64,000 nucleotides of DNA from Atractiella rhizophila (taxonomy: Eukaryota): assembly GCA_021432655.1 (NCBI GenBank), contig MU271426.1:1-64000 (forward strand), read 5' to 3'. Shown one piece after another: positions 25,080 to 36,359 of the stretch (the stretch's first letter is position 1; the number at the start of each line of letters is the position of its first letter). The position numbers were made by a program, and so were the translations under genes. The notes under the pieces were generated by a model. The model worked only from the letters and a program-made list of their open reading frames with translations. It was not told where the DNA came from and ran no database searches.

Positions 25080-28000
25080 CAGTGCTTGTACCATTACAAT
25101 ATAATGTTAAGGTCTGTAATATTAGGAGTTATAGTGTAAAAGATCTAACATTGTATTTATTTGTAATCTTCAGACAGGGAATTATCACAAATGCCCAGTA
25201 ATTTAAATGACATTAAATTATAAGCCCTATAATGATTATAAATGTGGTAAAGAATGAGCCAGAATGCAGGGGAAAAACCATAAAGAATGTTTTTTCACCA
25301 CCTTTTCGGAACCTACTCTCCCTGTATCATCCAAGCGTTTGTGGTCATCAGCTCTGCAAATGTCTTCGCAGTCATGGAAGCTCTTTTATCAGTATCAATC
25401 CACTCAGCCCATGAAAAGAGCCTTTCGACACCAGTCGGATAGAGTGACATATTCAGCTAATAGAGCCCTGCTCAGTGTTTTCCCCCAGGAACAACAGCAA
25501 ATTTCACACCTTCCAGTAATTCAAGTCAGTTTGCCCTTCCCCAAGCTGTGCCGTTAAGTTGAATCTGTCATACTTATGTAGACCAACAGTTACCCCATCT
25601 TCACATTCTGATAAATCCTCCAATGCAGTACTGTTGCTGTCTTCGGTGGTGGCATTCTGCTTCTGATTTGCCGAAGTCGGCAGACTGTCAGTTAGACTCA
25701 CAAACCCTGATATATTCTTGCTTGACTTTTCCTTCTATGAGCTTGTAGACATCCATTCCAAGTTTGTTGAAGAACTTTAGTTGGTAGCATGGTGACAGAG
25801 CTGAGGTCCCATGAGCAAGTGGCTTCACTATGATCAAATAAACGGACAGACGGGTTAAAATGATATAGCACTTCTTAGTCTTCATCGGATCATAGTAGGC
25901 ATTGAATTTCGTAAGGCCTATAGTGACGGCATGCTTCACAGTTACTTTCGTAGGATCTTGGACAATCTTCACCAAAGATTTCCAAGGCGATAAAGTGTTG
26001 GTCACACATCTCCAAGGTACAATGCCAAAGCTTGCAGGATCATCATTGTATCCTTGTATGGCCACAGAAGTGGATGTCAGACAGAGCAGCTTTATGTATA
26101 CAAGTACAAACATCGGCAATAATATTCATTTGCTTCCCATAAGAGCATAAACACTGGATGTAGTGCAGTCTTTTACACCGAACCTCTACAGTGCCTGTTG
26201 TTGCCAGCAAATTTCTACACCAGATTCTTGTCTACAATTGTCTTCGAGATCTTGCGTACAAGGACAGGAGCCGTTGATAATCCACTCAGAATTGAGCTTC
26301 GCAGAACTCATTCTTGCTTCACCCAATCAGTGTCGATGTAATGAGCGATAATGGCAAGGATGTGATGGAGGCTCCCAAAGCTGCTCTAGCCATCATGTTC
26401 AATGTGGACCATGCTGTGTGCGTCTATGCACTGGGATCAGTTTTGCTAAAACACTGCAATAGGATGGAGACTTTACATCAACCTCGCCCTGTACAACCAG
26501 TTGAAGTGCATCGTACAAGCGGCCAGCCCACTTGCCTGCTGTCGTTGCTCCGTAACGCGTGCCTCCTGGCCTCAAAAGCCCTAAGACATCCTTCAATCCT
26601 TGATCTTCGACAATGCTTACAGCATGATCATGGTGGACAATCCATTCCACTGACTTCCGGAAGACCTCATCAAGCTCAGCAGTACTTGGCATCTTGAACA
26701 AAGCGGAGGAGGATGGGTCCTCCGGTTGGATCTTCTTCCATCGTGCAAGGACTTTGGCTGGTTGAGGAGGTAGCGTGATGCCGTTTGAGGCAGCAAGGTC
26801 ATGGCGGGGACATTCATGGAGGCGGGTATTCAGGTTCGAATAGTTGTTACTGTGGATGTTCCGCTCTGCGCTACCAGTGCATTGTCAGACATCACTAAAA
26901 AAGAGATGATTGAGATAAAGCATACCTGCACTTGTTGTCCTTTGTTCCACATGGATAGGCAGGCGTCAAAGGATCATGCTGCATACCATACTTTCAGTGC
27001 CAACTAAGCATAAATGGACCGGTTAAAGCGCACCTTGTAGCAATTGAAGACACCTGGATTCCCCTCTACTCGTGATCCATCCTTGCATGCTCTGTTCTGC
27101 TTCCTTTCCTCATCACTCTCCTCTGTCCCCGCTCCCATTGCATTGAGCTCCGCTTGCATCTGCAGAACGGTTTTCTTGGTTCGATGTTTTGGCTTCCACC
27201 TCTCCTTCTTCTTTGCAGTCATTTGTGTAGAGTCTCCTGAGTTGGATTGCATCTGCGGAAAAGTCAATGAATCATCAATGTTAAACAGCTGGAAAGATAC
27301 ACAATGCACCTTTTTAGTGGGCTGTACATCAATCTCTAAAGGAGATTTGTCGTCTGTCAATGTAAGGACTCGCTGTTACCTAGAGCCTTAACATCTGCTT
27401 TGACAAAAACAAGATAAAATATCTTACCTTCTTCTTTGGCAGAGGTTTACATGTCTGTGTCAACCATCAGCAATCAGCAATCATGCTTCTACACTTTGCA
27501 TAACAACCTGACAATCAGATCCCAAAACCACCTGTTCATCATCACTCTCAATCTTTGTTTCTGAGCTGTCACAATAGCTGCTTTTGCTCTCTTCAGCTTC
27601 TGAGGTGTGGTAGTCTGGAATCCTTGAATTGTGGGGGGACTGATCTTCTCCCTGCAGTGTGTAGATTGGCAGAAACTGCACCCGGATCGATATCATCAGT
27701 CAACAGATCAAAGTCATTGAGGCGGGCAGGGCTAATGAGGCGCTGTGTTGATTTTCTGGACGGAGTACGAGTAGAAACAGAGCTGTGAATACTCATATCA
27801 GTTCTCAGGTTGTGCTAGTTGTGGGAGCTGGAAAAACGAACAAAGAAAGCTCATTTATACGCAACAGCATTGGGTTGCGCTCAAGGCTTCGCAAGTACCT
27901 TCGGAGTCTGCAGCTGTGCAAAATCTGAATCTTGGGGTTCAAGCCACCGAAAAGAGAAGACGAAGGAGTGTCGGGGCGACGTTGGGGTTGTGATGTCTGT

Positions 28001-28289
28001 TGCAACCGGAATACTGGAGTGCTAGAGCGATGGAGAACGAAGTTGATTGGGGCGGCAGGCAAGAACACAGCAGTTGCCGTCGTTGTCATTGGGCCGATCT
28101 TTTCAAGCTGGATTTGTTACATTTTAAGCATTATAGGCATTAGAGCCATTAAACTGGCTGTTGACTTATTGATGATGTCATTGCTCAGGTAAGATTACTA
28201 TGGTCAAATCCATTACATTAATAATTTAATGCATTTGGCATTAATTACACAACATAAACATTACTTGTAGAGTAATGGTGGAAGCGCTG
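25080..28289 (-). mobile_element. hAT DNA transposon with decayed transposase
   Basis: TIR CAGTGCTTGTACCATTAC versus the reverse complement CAGCGCTTCCACCATTAC; CATTA subterminal repeats. Minus-strand peptides WIVHHDHAVSIVEDQGLK, GLTKFNAYY and LSPCYQLKFF. No 8-bp TSD retained. Confidence 0.75.
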
Positions 28290-28318
28290 CGTGGCATCTG
28301 CGGCATTATTTGAAGGTT

Positions 28319-30181
28319 CTACTGACTGTACTTTAGGGTTCAATACCCTGCCTCTGTCAGGAGTGAGATCCTGGCTGAATCCTTGCCTCCTGGCTGCATA
28401 GGGTCCGACCTTGCCTCTGTCAGGAACAAGATCGTGGCTACATCCTGCCTCCTCACCTCCCAGGGTACTCTGCCAGGAACAGGATCCTGGCTGAATGTTT
28501 GCCTGATTGCCGCCCAGGTTACAACCCTACCTCGGTCAGGATGCTGGCTACATCCTTGCCTCCTAGGCAGCCAGGGTACGACCCTGCCTCCAATAAAAAT
28601 AGCATCATCACAAAACTGTTGGCTCTCAGTCAACCAGGGTAGAACCCTGCCATAGATAGGGTCTGAGGGGTGCAATTTTGCTGAAACTGCCCCATGTCGA
28701 TAGGTCATTGACAGCAGGTGTAGAGGTGTGAAAAGTGCAACTTCGCTCAAAACTTCCCCAGTCAATAGATTATTGCCACAGGTATAAAAGGGGTGGGGAA
28801 AATACAATTTCACTTGAAACGTCCCCAGTCGATAGGTTATCGACACAGGTGTAGAGGGGATCACTGCAGTGCAATTTCCTTCAAAATGTCCCCAGTCGAT
28901 AGGTTATCACCTACGATAGCTAATGAGGATGTGGAAACAATGTTCACATATATACGCAATTTAAGTATAAATGATATATGACTGCCACAGAGATCCTCCA
29001 GCTCCATAAGCTTCATGTGATAAAATTTTTCCTCAACATTGCTTGTTTTACATCATTACTCGCACTCACATTACGTTTACTAGTAGATGTAACAATATCA
29101 AAGGCTTTTAGAATAACATAATATCCGTTTGTCTTGATGTAAGATCTTTTAGCAATAATCTTATTTATGAATGATAAAATCATTATTAATTTTACTCTTA
29201 GTTCACAATGATTTAAAACAACCATTTCAACAGGTCACATTTGTTAAAGCTTTCTTAACACCTTTTTATTTTATTTGTATTACTATTTTCAAGTGCTCGA
29301 TCACATTCAGCATTGGTGATACATTCATGTTTGTGTATACACCAGATTGATTCTACACAATTCAGTCCTTTGATTAATCACGGATATATCCAATGCATGC
29401 ACTACCTTCAGCAGGGTATCAATCTATCCATGCCCATAACTACTCTTAAGCGGCTGCATAGCTCAGTTTTAACATAATTTTGGTTTGCAGACCCATCTCC
29501 AGCTGCTGTTGATAACTTATCGACTTGGGCCCCTTTCAACAAAATTACACCCCTCAGACCCCTCTCTACCTGGTGTTGATAACCTATTGACATGGACCAG
29601 TTTCAATAAAATTGCTCTCCTCAAACCCCTCTTCGACTGTTGTCGATAACCTATCAATCTAGCGCAGTTTCACCAAAATTACACTTATTGTTAATAACAT
29701 ATAGAGAACACATGTCTCACCATTATAAATTAATTTTGCAACTTTGAATGTATTTTGTTTAATGGGAGATATATGCTAAATATTATCTAGAGCAGTCCAA
29801 TGAAACAAGCATTTCAATGGATAAGTGATTTAAAGATGTGTCTTAGAGAGGACATTGCCTGTGTCTGCGAGTGTTTATGAGTACATGACACTTTGACTGG
29901 ATTGTTATTCCTATCTGTGGCAGGGTTCTACCCTGGTTGACTAAGAGCCAACAATTTTGTGATGATGCTATTTTATTGGAGGTGGGGTCACACCCTGATT
30001 GCCTAGGATCCTGTTCCTGACAGAGGCAGGTTGTACCCTGGGGGCCTAAAAGGCAAGGATGTAGCTAGGATCCTGTTCCTGACGGAGGCAGGGTTGTACC
30101 CTAGGCGGCGAGGAGGCAAGGATGTAGCCAGGATCCTGTTCCTGACAGAGGCACAGTTGAACCCTAAAGTACTGTTAGTAG
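28319..30181. mobile_element. Foldback-type non-autonomous element with long modular inverted arms
   Basis: Ends CTACTRACWGTACTTTAGGGTTCAA are inverted. ~60-bp tandem units (GCCTCTGTCAGGAACAGGATCCTGGCTACATCCTTGCC) and an inner GTCGATAGGTTATC motif set are mirrored on both arms around an AT-rich core. Confidence 0.85.
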
Positions 30182-30294
30182 GCATGGAGGACGAGATCTA
30201 ACACTGTGGCACATCAAACAGGTGTAACCAGTGGTGTGTGCGTTAAAGGCATGCTTTTGATTTTCTGTTGGGCGACAAGTTGGTCGGACGGTGC

Positions 30295-30555
30295 TGTTGA
30301 AGTTCAGCCCGCTACCACCTTTCACTGCTTACTAAGAACGACGCGACACCACATATTCGAGGGGATTCTATTTCTTCTCGCTTCTTCTTGCTTACTGATT
30401 TCTTACGTGTTGGTGTACTTTCTAGAATTTGCTTGCCACACTTTTCTCAGATATATAAACTGTGCTGAAGTCTGGGAGAAAGATGTAATAATAATAATGA
30501 TATTCTTGTTTCCTCTAAACTAATATCTTGCATCAGTAACCGCAGCCTTACAACA
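30295..30555. mobile_element. Solo LTR family C (261 bp)
   Basis: TGTTG...CAACA termini, 5-bp TSD GGTGC, internal TATATAAA. The 3' part is repeated at ~58492-58667. Confidence 0.9.
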
Positions 30556-31934
30556 GGTGCAGTCGATGAATCCCCAGCAATTGTGAAGAGGGACCCTTCT
30601 TGCTGAGATCAGGGTCGCATAGTATGCTAGGCGATCGGCAGTGAGGTAATGTGCAGGAAATTCAATGACATGAGCCTACGTCCTGGCTACGAACTCGATT
30701 ATTAATACCTATTAGGATATAGAAAACTATGTGTTGCAATTTTTGAATTTCCGACTCTAAAAAAGTCAAATTTTGAATTTCCTAACCCTCTCTAATAGGT
30801 AAGCGCCTAGGGATCTCCGCTATGCCAGCAGCTGCGTTGTTGCATGGGAGAAGCATCCTAGACAGAGCAAACATCTATTAGCTAGTGCCCACAATTGTGT
30901 TCGCCTTTCTTGCCGTCGATTTCAAGAGGAACATCGGCGTCTTGTATGCAGCAAAGACACAGTCGTCGTACCTGAGGTCGCACTCTTCTTACAGATGGGA
31001 ACCATCGCTATTCGAGGCAGCTACTGGGTGGCCAGCCTCGCGCAAAGATGGCCAATTTCAGGAGAGATCATGTACTGAGCTAGCAAGGGATTGCAGTGAC
31101 TTTCTCCCTCCAAGGAGGTGATGACGTCGAGATCGGCTTGCTGCTACAATAATGATCATTGCTCGCTGTTATAGCGGCGATGGTCGGATTTACATCCTTC
31201 CGGAGAGTGTTGCTCATGCCTGGCACAGCGGTGTGCTGGTACATACGAGGCGCAGGAGCTTTATTGCTTGTCGATGGAGTACTGATGGCCATCCTTCTCA
31301 GCACTATCGCGCTCACACATCCACTATGTGCTCTATGCATCCACCTGAAAAGCAGATGGTGGGTCTGATGAGGAGCTTTCAATGAATAGGGACAGACGCA
31401 GGGACAGACGTATTCATATTCCTCTGGACACCAATAGCGCTGTCAAATTCATGCCCGTCAGAGACACTCCACCATCTAATGACCATGAGAGAAATATGTA
31501 AAGTCGCGCTTCTATTGTGGAAGTATTGGAGGAATCGAGATGAGTTACTACCGGCTTCGATAATTCGGAAGGGGACTAGGGAAACAGCCAAAATATTACG
31601 CATATCCAATATTTCACCTTTGCAGAATGACATTGCAACGCTTCCTCGGACAGCCTACAACGCTGGCATCTTCAAGGGACCACACCAACCAGTCCTCATT
31701 GCGTTCGCCTCTTTCGATCCCTGCAGGACCTGACTAGTGGGGGTTACTTCACGTACAACTTGTCAGTCAGAACCTACTTCCACCAGATGAGTGAAGAGCG
31801 TTCCACCCACAAACAGGCATTGTTCTTGAGGAAGAACTGAGAATGACCGTAGCAGCGAACGCCAGCGGGAGAACTGTCTGTAGGCGAATTGCGAGCATTA
31901 GATCCATCGACCGTGGCAAGGAATAGAAGGCGAA

Positions 31935-32103
31935 TGTAACATATAGCACAAAGTTATTGCTGTTCCAACCAATTAGTATGTTCCAGAAGTTCCGTGAACA
32001 GCATCGAGCGCACCCTATCAATCATTAGCACATTCGCACCACAGATCAGTCAGCCATGAGCACTCTGAATCCCATCTGCTCTGCTCACCTGCAGTACCAC
32101 CTA
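31935..32103. repeat. Dispersed ~170 bp repeat module, copy 2 of 3 (directly downstream of the NLR stop codon)
   Basis: CATCTGCTCTGCTCACCTGCAGTACCAC is identical to the 21311-21338 copy; GTTCCAGAAGTT block shared. Confidence 0.75.
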
Positions 32104-32115
32104 TCAGGTGGCTCA

Positions 32116-35100
32116 TTACTCTTGGATGATGCAATATACATCAGCCATTGATCTGCAGCAGTCTTCTTCACCTCCTCGGTCGCTAACTTCCATGTAGATT
32201 ACTTTCGCCTCCTCGAATGCTTCCAGAGCGTCCTCGTTCCGCCCACTTTGAAAATCGACCCTGCCAACGCTGAACAAGCAGTCGGCTTGACCGAGTCGAT
32301 CTCCCACATCCATGTAGAGCTCATTCGCCTCCTCGAACGCCATCAGCGCGTCCTCGTTCCGTCCGCATCGAAAGTCAATCTCCCCGATGTTGCGGACGCA
32401 GTGACCTTGACCGTCTCGAGATCCCACTTCCATATACATCATCTTCGCCTGCTCGAAATCCTTCAGAGCGTCCTCGTTCCGCCCACATTGAAAATCGACC
32501 CTCCCAACGCTGAACACGTAGTTGGCTTGACCGAGTCGATCTCCCACATCCATGTAGAGCTCATTCGCCTCCTCGAACGCCATCAGCGCGTCCTCGTTCC
32601 GTCCGCATCGAAAATAGTTGGCTTGACCGAGTCGATCTCCCACATCCATGTAGAGCTCATTCGCCTCCTCGAACGCCATCAGCGCGTCCTCGTTCCGTCC
32701 GCATCGAAAATCGAAATTCCCGATGTTGAAGACGCAGTTCGCTTGACCAAGTCGATCTCCCACTTCCACATAGAGCTCCTTCGCTTCCTTCAACGCCTTT
32801 AAAGCCTCCGCGTTCTTGCCACGGTCGAGAAAGCAGTAGCCAAGGAATTCTATCAGCGAACGCTTCAGTCTTAACCAATCGAACCGTTTGCGATCTGCAG
32901 AAAGTGGCATTCCAAGCATTTTATCCACAACACACATCGCCTGTTGAAAGAGTGAAGTTGAGAGCCTATGTTGCAGGCGTAGGAAGTGAAATATGTTCTC
33001 TAAGTGCTGAAGGATCGGTAAAGGATCTGGCAGGTTCAACATGCTCCAGAGAAGGACTTGTTCGAGGTTCGGATAGTGTTCACGGAAGAGAAGCAGCGCA
33101 TAATGATCCTTGTAGGTCTCGAATTGTTTGATGTTTGCCTCAGCTTTCCCCATAAGGTTTCTTCACAACGGGCAGAAGTGACAAAGGCACAGTCATCGAA
33201 AATGGCGGTTTTGAATGAATGACAAGATGGTTGAGGTATTCACGAATAGGAGCGAGCATACGGAGAGTGCCGTTGATGTCATTGGCAAATCCAATCTTTG
33301 AAATCAAAGCGATGACCTTGAAGATACCCTGAGATTCATGCGGGATGGAAATGAGTGCTGACAGATCGTCGTGGGATAGACTGTCAGGTACCCATGACAG
33401 CAATGCGAGCGCAAAGACAGCACGCTCCCCTTCTTTTTGAGGGCCGGAGAATCGAGCGAGAACGATATAGAAGTTTGGAGGGTGACTATCTCTTCACTAT
33501 CTTCATCCCACATAACATCTGTCTTTTTCTTTTCCCACTCGTCTACCAATTCTTCGAGTGTCATAATTGGATCCCCGTTGGCACGGAGAGCGCATAACTT
33601 GATTGAAAGAGCGTGGAAGTCTAACTGTTCCAGTAGCCGATCGACAAGCGGCAGCGAGAACTCGTCCTCTCTCTGATATGAGTCCTTGAAGAGTGCGTGC
33701 GCACCGTCGTTCGGCAACCCATCAACTGAGACCTTCACAAACTTCACAGGCTCGTTCCCCGTCACGCCCAAATACTCCACTTGATCTCCACGATGGACCA
33801 CGACGAGTACTGACCCGACTGAGTTGTTCGATAGAAGTGTTCGGAAGAAGTGTTGTTTTTTGTTTTCGTCAGCACGCAGAGGAGTTTCAAAGTTGTCCAA
33901 AACAAGAAGGCATTGTCGACTTCTGAAGTATTTGGCCATGACCTGTAGTGCCGGCTCGCTAGATTGAGGCAGCGCGAATACATCGTTGCAGATGTGGTTA
34001 GAAAGCTTGGCAAAGGTATCAAAGTTATCGCAGCGAACCCAGAAGCGGAGATCTTCTCCAGTGCCCCTCTTCGTATCTGTGAAGGACTGCTCGACCTCTG
34101 CGCAGTGCACGGTGTTGAGTGCACGGTGGATTTGCCGTTCCCAGCTCCACCCACAATCGCAACGTGGCGGCCGTTAAGGATAGCTTCTCTGACGCGTCGG
34201 ATCTCGTCTTCGCGGCCAAAGCAGGAGCCTGGAGGCGGTAACGGTAACCGTCGACGGACTGCAATCCGTTCGCTGCACACTACAAGGACCTCAACGTGGC
34301 ATCAACACAAGAGCTAAGAGTACATACCCTGCACGAGGGATTCAGCAGCATTACGCGCTTCGTCGCCCATTACTTCCATATACGCCCTCGTACGGCCCAC
34401 GACGTCCTTGGTTCGCTCCCACTCCTCCCACTTGACGCCTCCCATCGTATGGACTGAAAAGCGGTGGTAACGATGCCCTAGACTGTGATCCTGCATCCTC
34501 ATCTTCAACTGATCTGCTACGTGGGAACAATCTTCGATGATTGCCTTCACAGCAAGTTCAATCTCGCCTTTAGTACCACCACATTTAACAGCCGCAGCGA
34601 TTCCTGACCCCAGGGAGACGAGGCAGGCGACTTCGCTGCCTTGCCCCCAAATGCGCTTTGACTCCTCCATCGCTAGCGCTGCCGGGTTATTGTTTCCGAT
34701 GGCGACTAATTTCGCTTTGTCGATGACAATAGGAGGAAAGAATTGAGGAGCAGAGGAAGTCGCTCTGGCTGCTTCCCACACAGTACACGTAGCAGCAGAA
34801 CGACCTGCAGCACGGACGTGGTACGTCCGCATCTCTGTTGAAACAACTGCGTCTGATTCGTACTTTGAGACGACGAAAGTTCTCCATCTGTGTTCAATCG
34901 CGTCATCCTTCATGGTAAGTTGAGAGGACGATACAGGTGATGGAGCGTATCGTGCAATGATCTTGTGGAAGACGGCTTCGAGCCTCTCTGCAGAGTACGT
35001 GTAGCCGTCTTTCGAATGTGGAGCTTCTTCGGCAAAGACATTCTGCAGGATTTGCTCGTACGCGCAGATGCACTGTCTAACAGTCATTCCCAACCGTCCG

Positions 35101-35615
35101 AGCATGAGTGCGATCCATCCTCCTGTCGAAGTGCCACAGATGAGATCGAAAACATCGCATGGCAGGACTTCTTCTCCCTCTGGAACTGCGAGGATGTCTT
35201 CAACCTGGAGCATGATGACTTCGAGCATGTAAAGGGTGGAGAATGTACAGATGCCTCCGTTGTCGATGGCGAGGATTCGGAGTCCTTGTTCGTTCGTCTT
35301 CTTGAAATTCTCCGGGACTCTGAAGATTTTGATAGTTTGCGCGTGGGCTGAGACTCGGGACGGGAGGGGTGACGGAGTTGGGACTCTGGATGCAATGGGC
35401 GTTGCGGTCCGTGACAAGAGGGCGAAAGGCGGAGGAAAAATTGTATTGACGCGTAGGAATGGACTGGGTCGAGAATACAGCTGCAGCACAGAGACGTTTT
35501 GAGCTGCTGCGCGTTCTACCGATGGAATGTCTCGCGATTTAGCGCAGGATGAGTTGACGTCGTCCAAATCCGTGGGTTCTTCATGATCGTGATCGTTGGA
35601 GGAGGTAGTATCCAT
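32116..35615 (-). CDS. Fungal NLR-like protein: patatin-like domain + NB-ARC/STAND NTPase + TPR repeats (three apparent frameshifts)
   Basis: Patatin motifs LAIDNGG, GTSTGG, ARATSSAP. A 48-bp intron (34280-34327) joins it in frame to CFGRE..GGAGNGKST (Walker A) and LLVLDNFETP (Walker B). C-terminal 40-aa TPR units. Confidence 0.88.
32150..32850 (-). repeat. High-identity intragenic TPR repeats (120-bp unit, one 96-bp unit)
   Basis: GRNEDALMAFEEANELYMDVGDRLGQA occurs three times; 32519-32614 and 32615-32710 are an exact tandem pair. Confidence 0.95.
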
Positions 35616-36359
35616 CGTCTAGACAAAGTATCGGATGATAGATAGTATCGATGATAATTAGAAGAACACAGTGACAGCGTTGAGCGCGAGACAACACTAA
35701 AATGCAAGTCAGATTTCTGCGCTCTGGACTCGGATGCCGGGAGAAAGCAGGAAAACATGCAAAGGTGCACTTGAACGTGCGGTTTCATAGCGCGAAGAGA
35801 GGAGAAGACATGAGAAATGCCTCCCCAAGTTCGACGGCGCCGTTTTAGGAGGGTTAAGCCGATCCAAAACATCCCTGAAAACATCCGTATGTACGAATGT
35901 TAGACGATGCGATCGATGAGGATGAAGGCAAGTGATTCGTGATCCACAAAGCAAAGGCTAGGAGTATCAAGGATGGCGCACTCCATATCTTCCAGCGCTG
36001 AGGCAGTGAAGAAACTGCTCTCCTAAGGACGTGAAATGATCCCATGAAGTAATCAAGGTGAACTTGAAGATGGAACGATACGTAATTTGACGAGGACGAA
36101 GTAAAACAAAAACGTGAAGTCATTTCTTCCACTCGTCCCTCAAAATTTACAGGCTACACAACGATGTCAACGTTTAGCCTCAGCCAGCCTCAACGGCCGA
36201 TAAGACCAGTTTATAGATTTGATACTCACAAGGACTTTCAAGATCCTGCGAAAGCACCAATTTCAAGCAACAGGCGATCAAGGTCCAGTGCCTTAACAGC
36301 TGAATATCAGCTCTCAAAGTTATCTGAAGCTGCAGAGGAGAGCGATGTTGGTTGATTGG

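Noticed and set aside
28330..28340. TTTAGGG telomere-like motif
   Set aside because: A single unit inside a TIR, not an array.
28340..28864. 174-aa ORF and CRISPR-like periodicity in the ~60-bp repeats
   Set aside because: The units are tandem TIR modules without unique spacers, the context is eukaryotic and no cas genes are present.
32248..32802. 184-aa repetitive plus-strand ORF
   Set aside because: Antisense shadow of the TPR repeats.
35270..35615. Possible amyloid signalling motif at the NLR N-terminus
   Set aside because: The segment is Pro/Ser-rich with no G/N/Q pseudo-repeat pattern, and no adjacent HeLo-type effector gene is visible.
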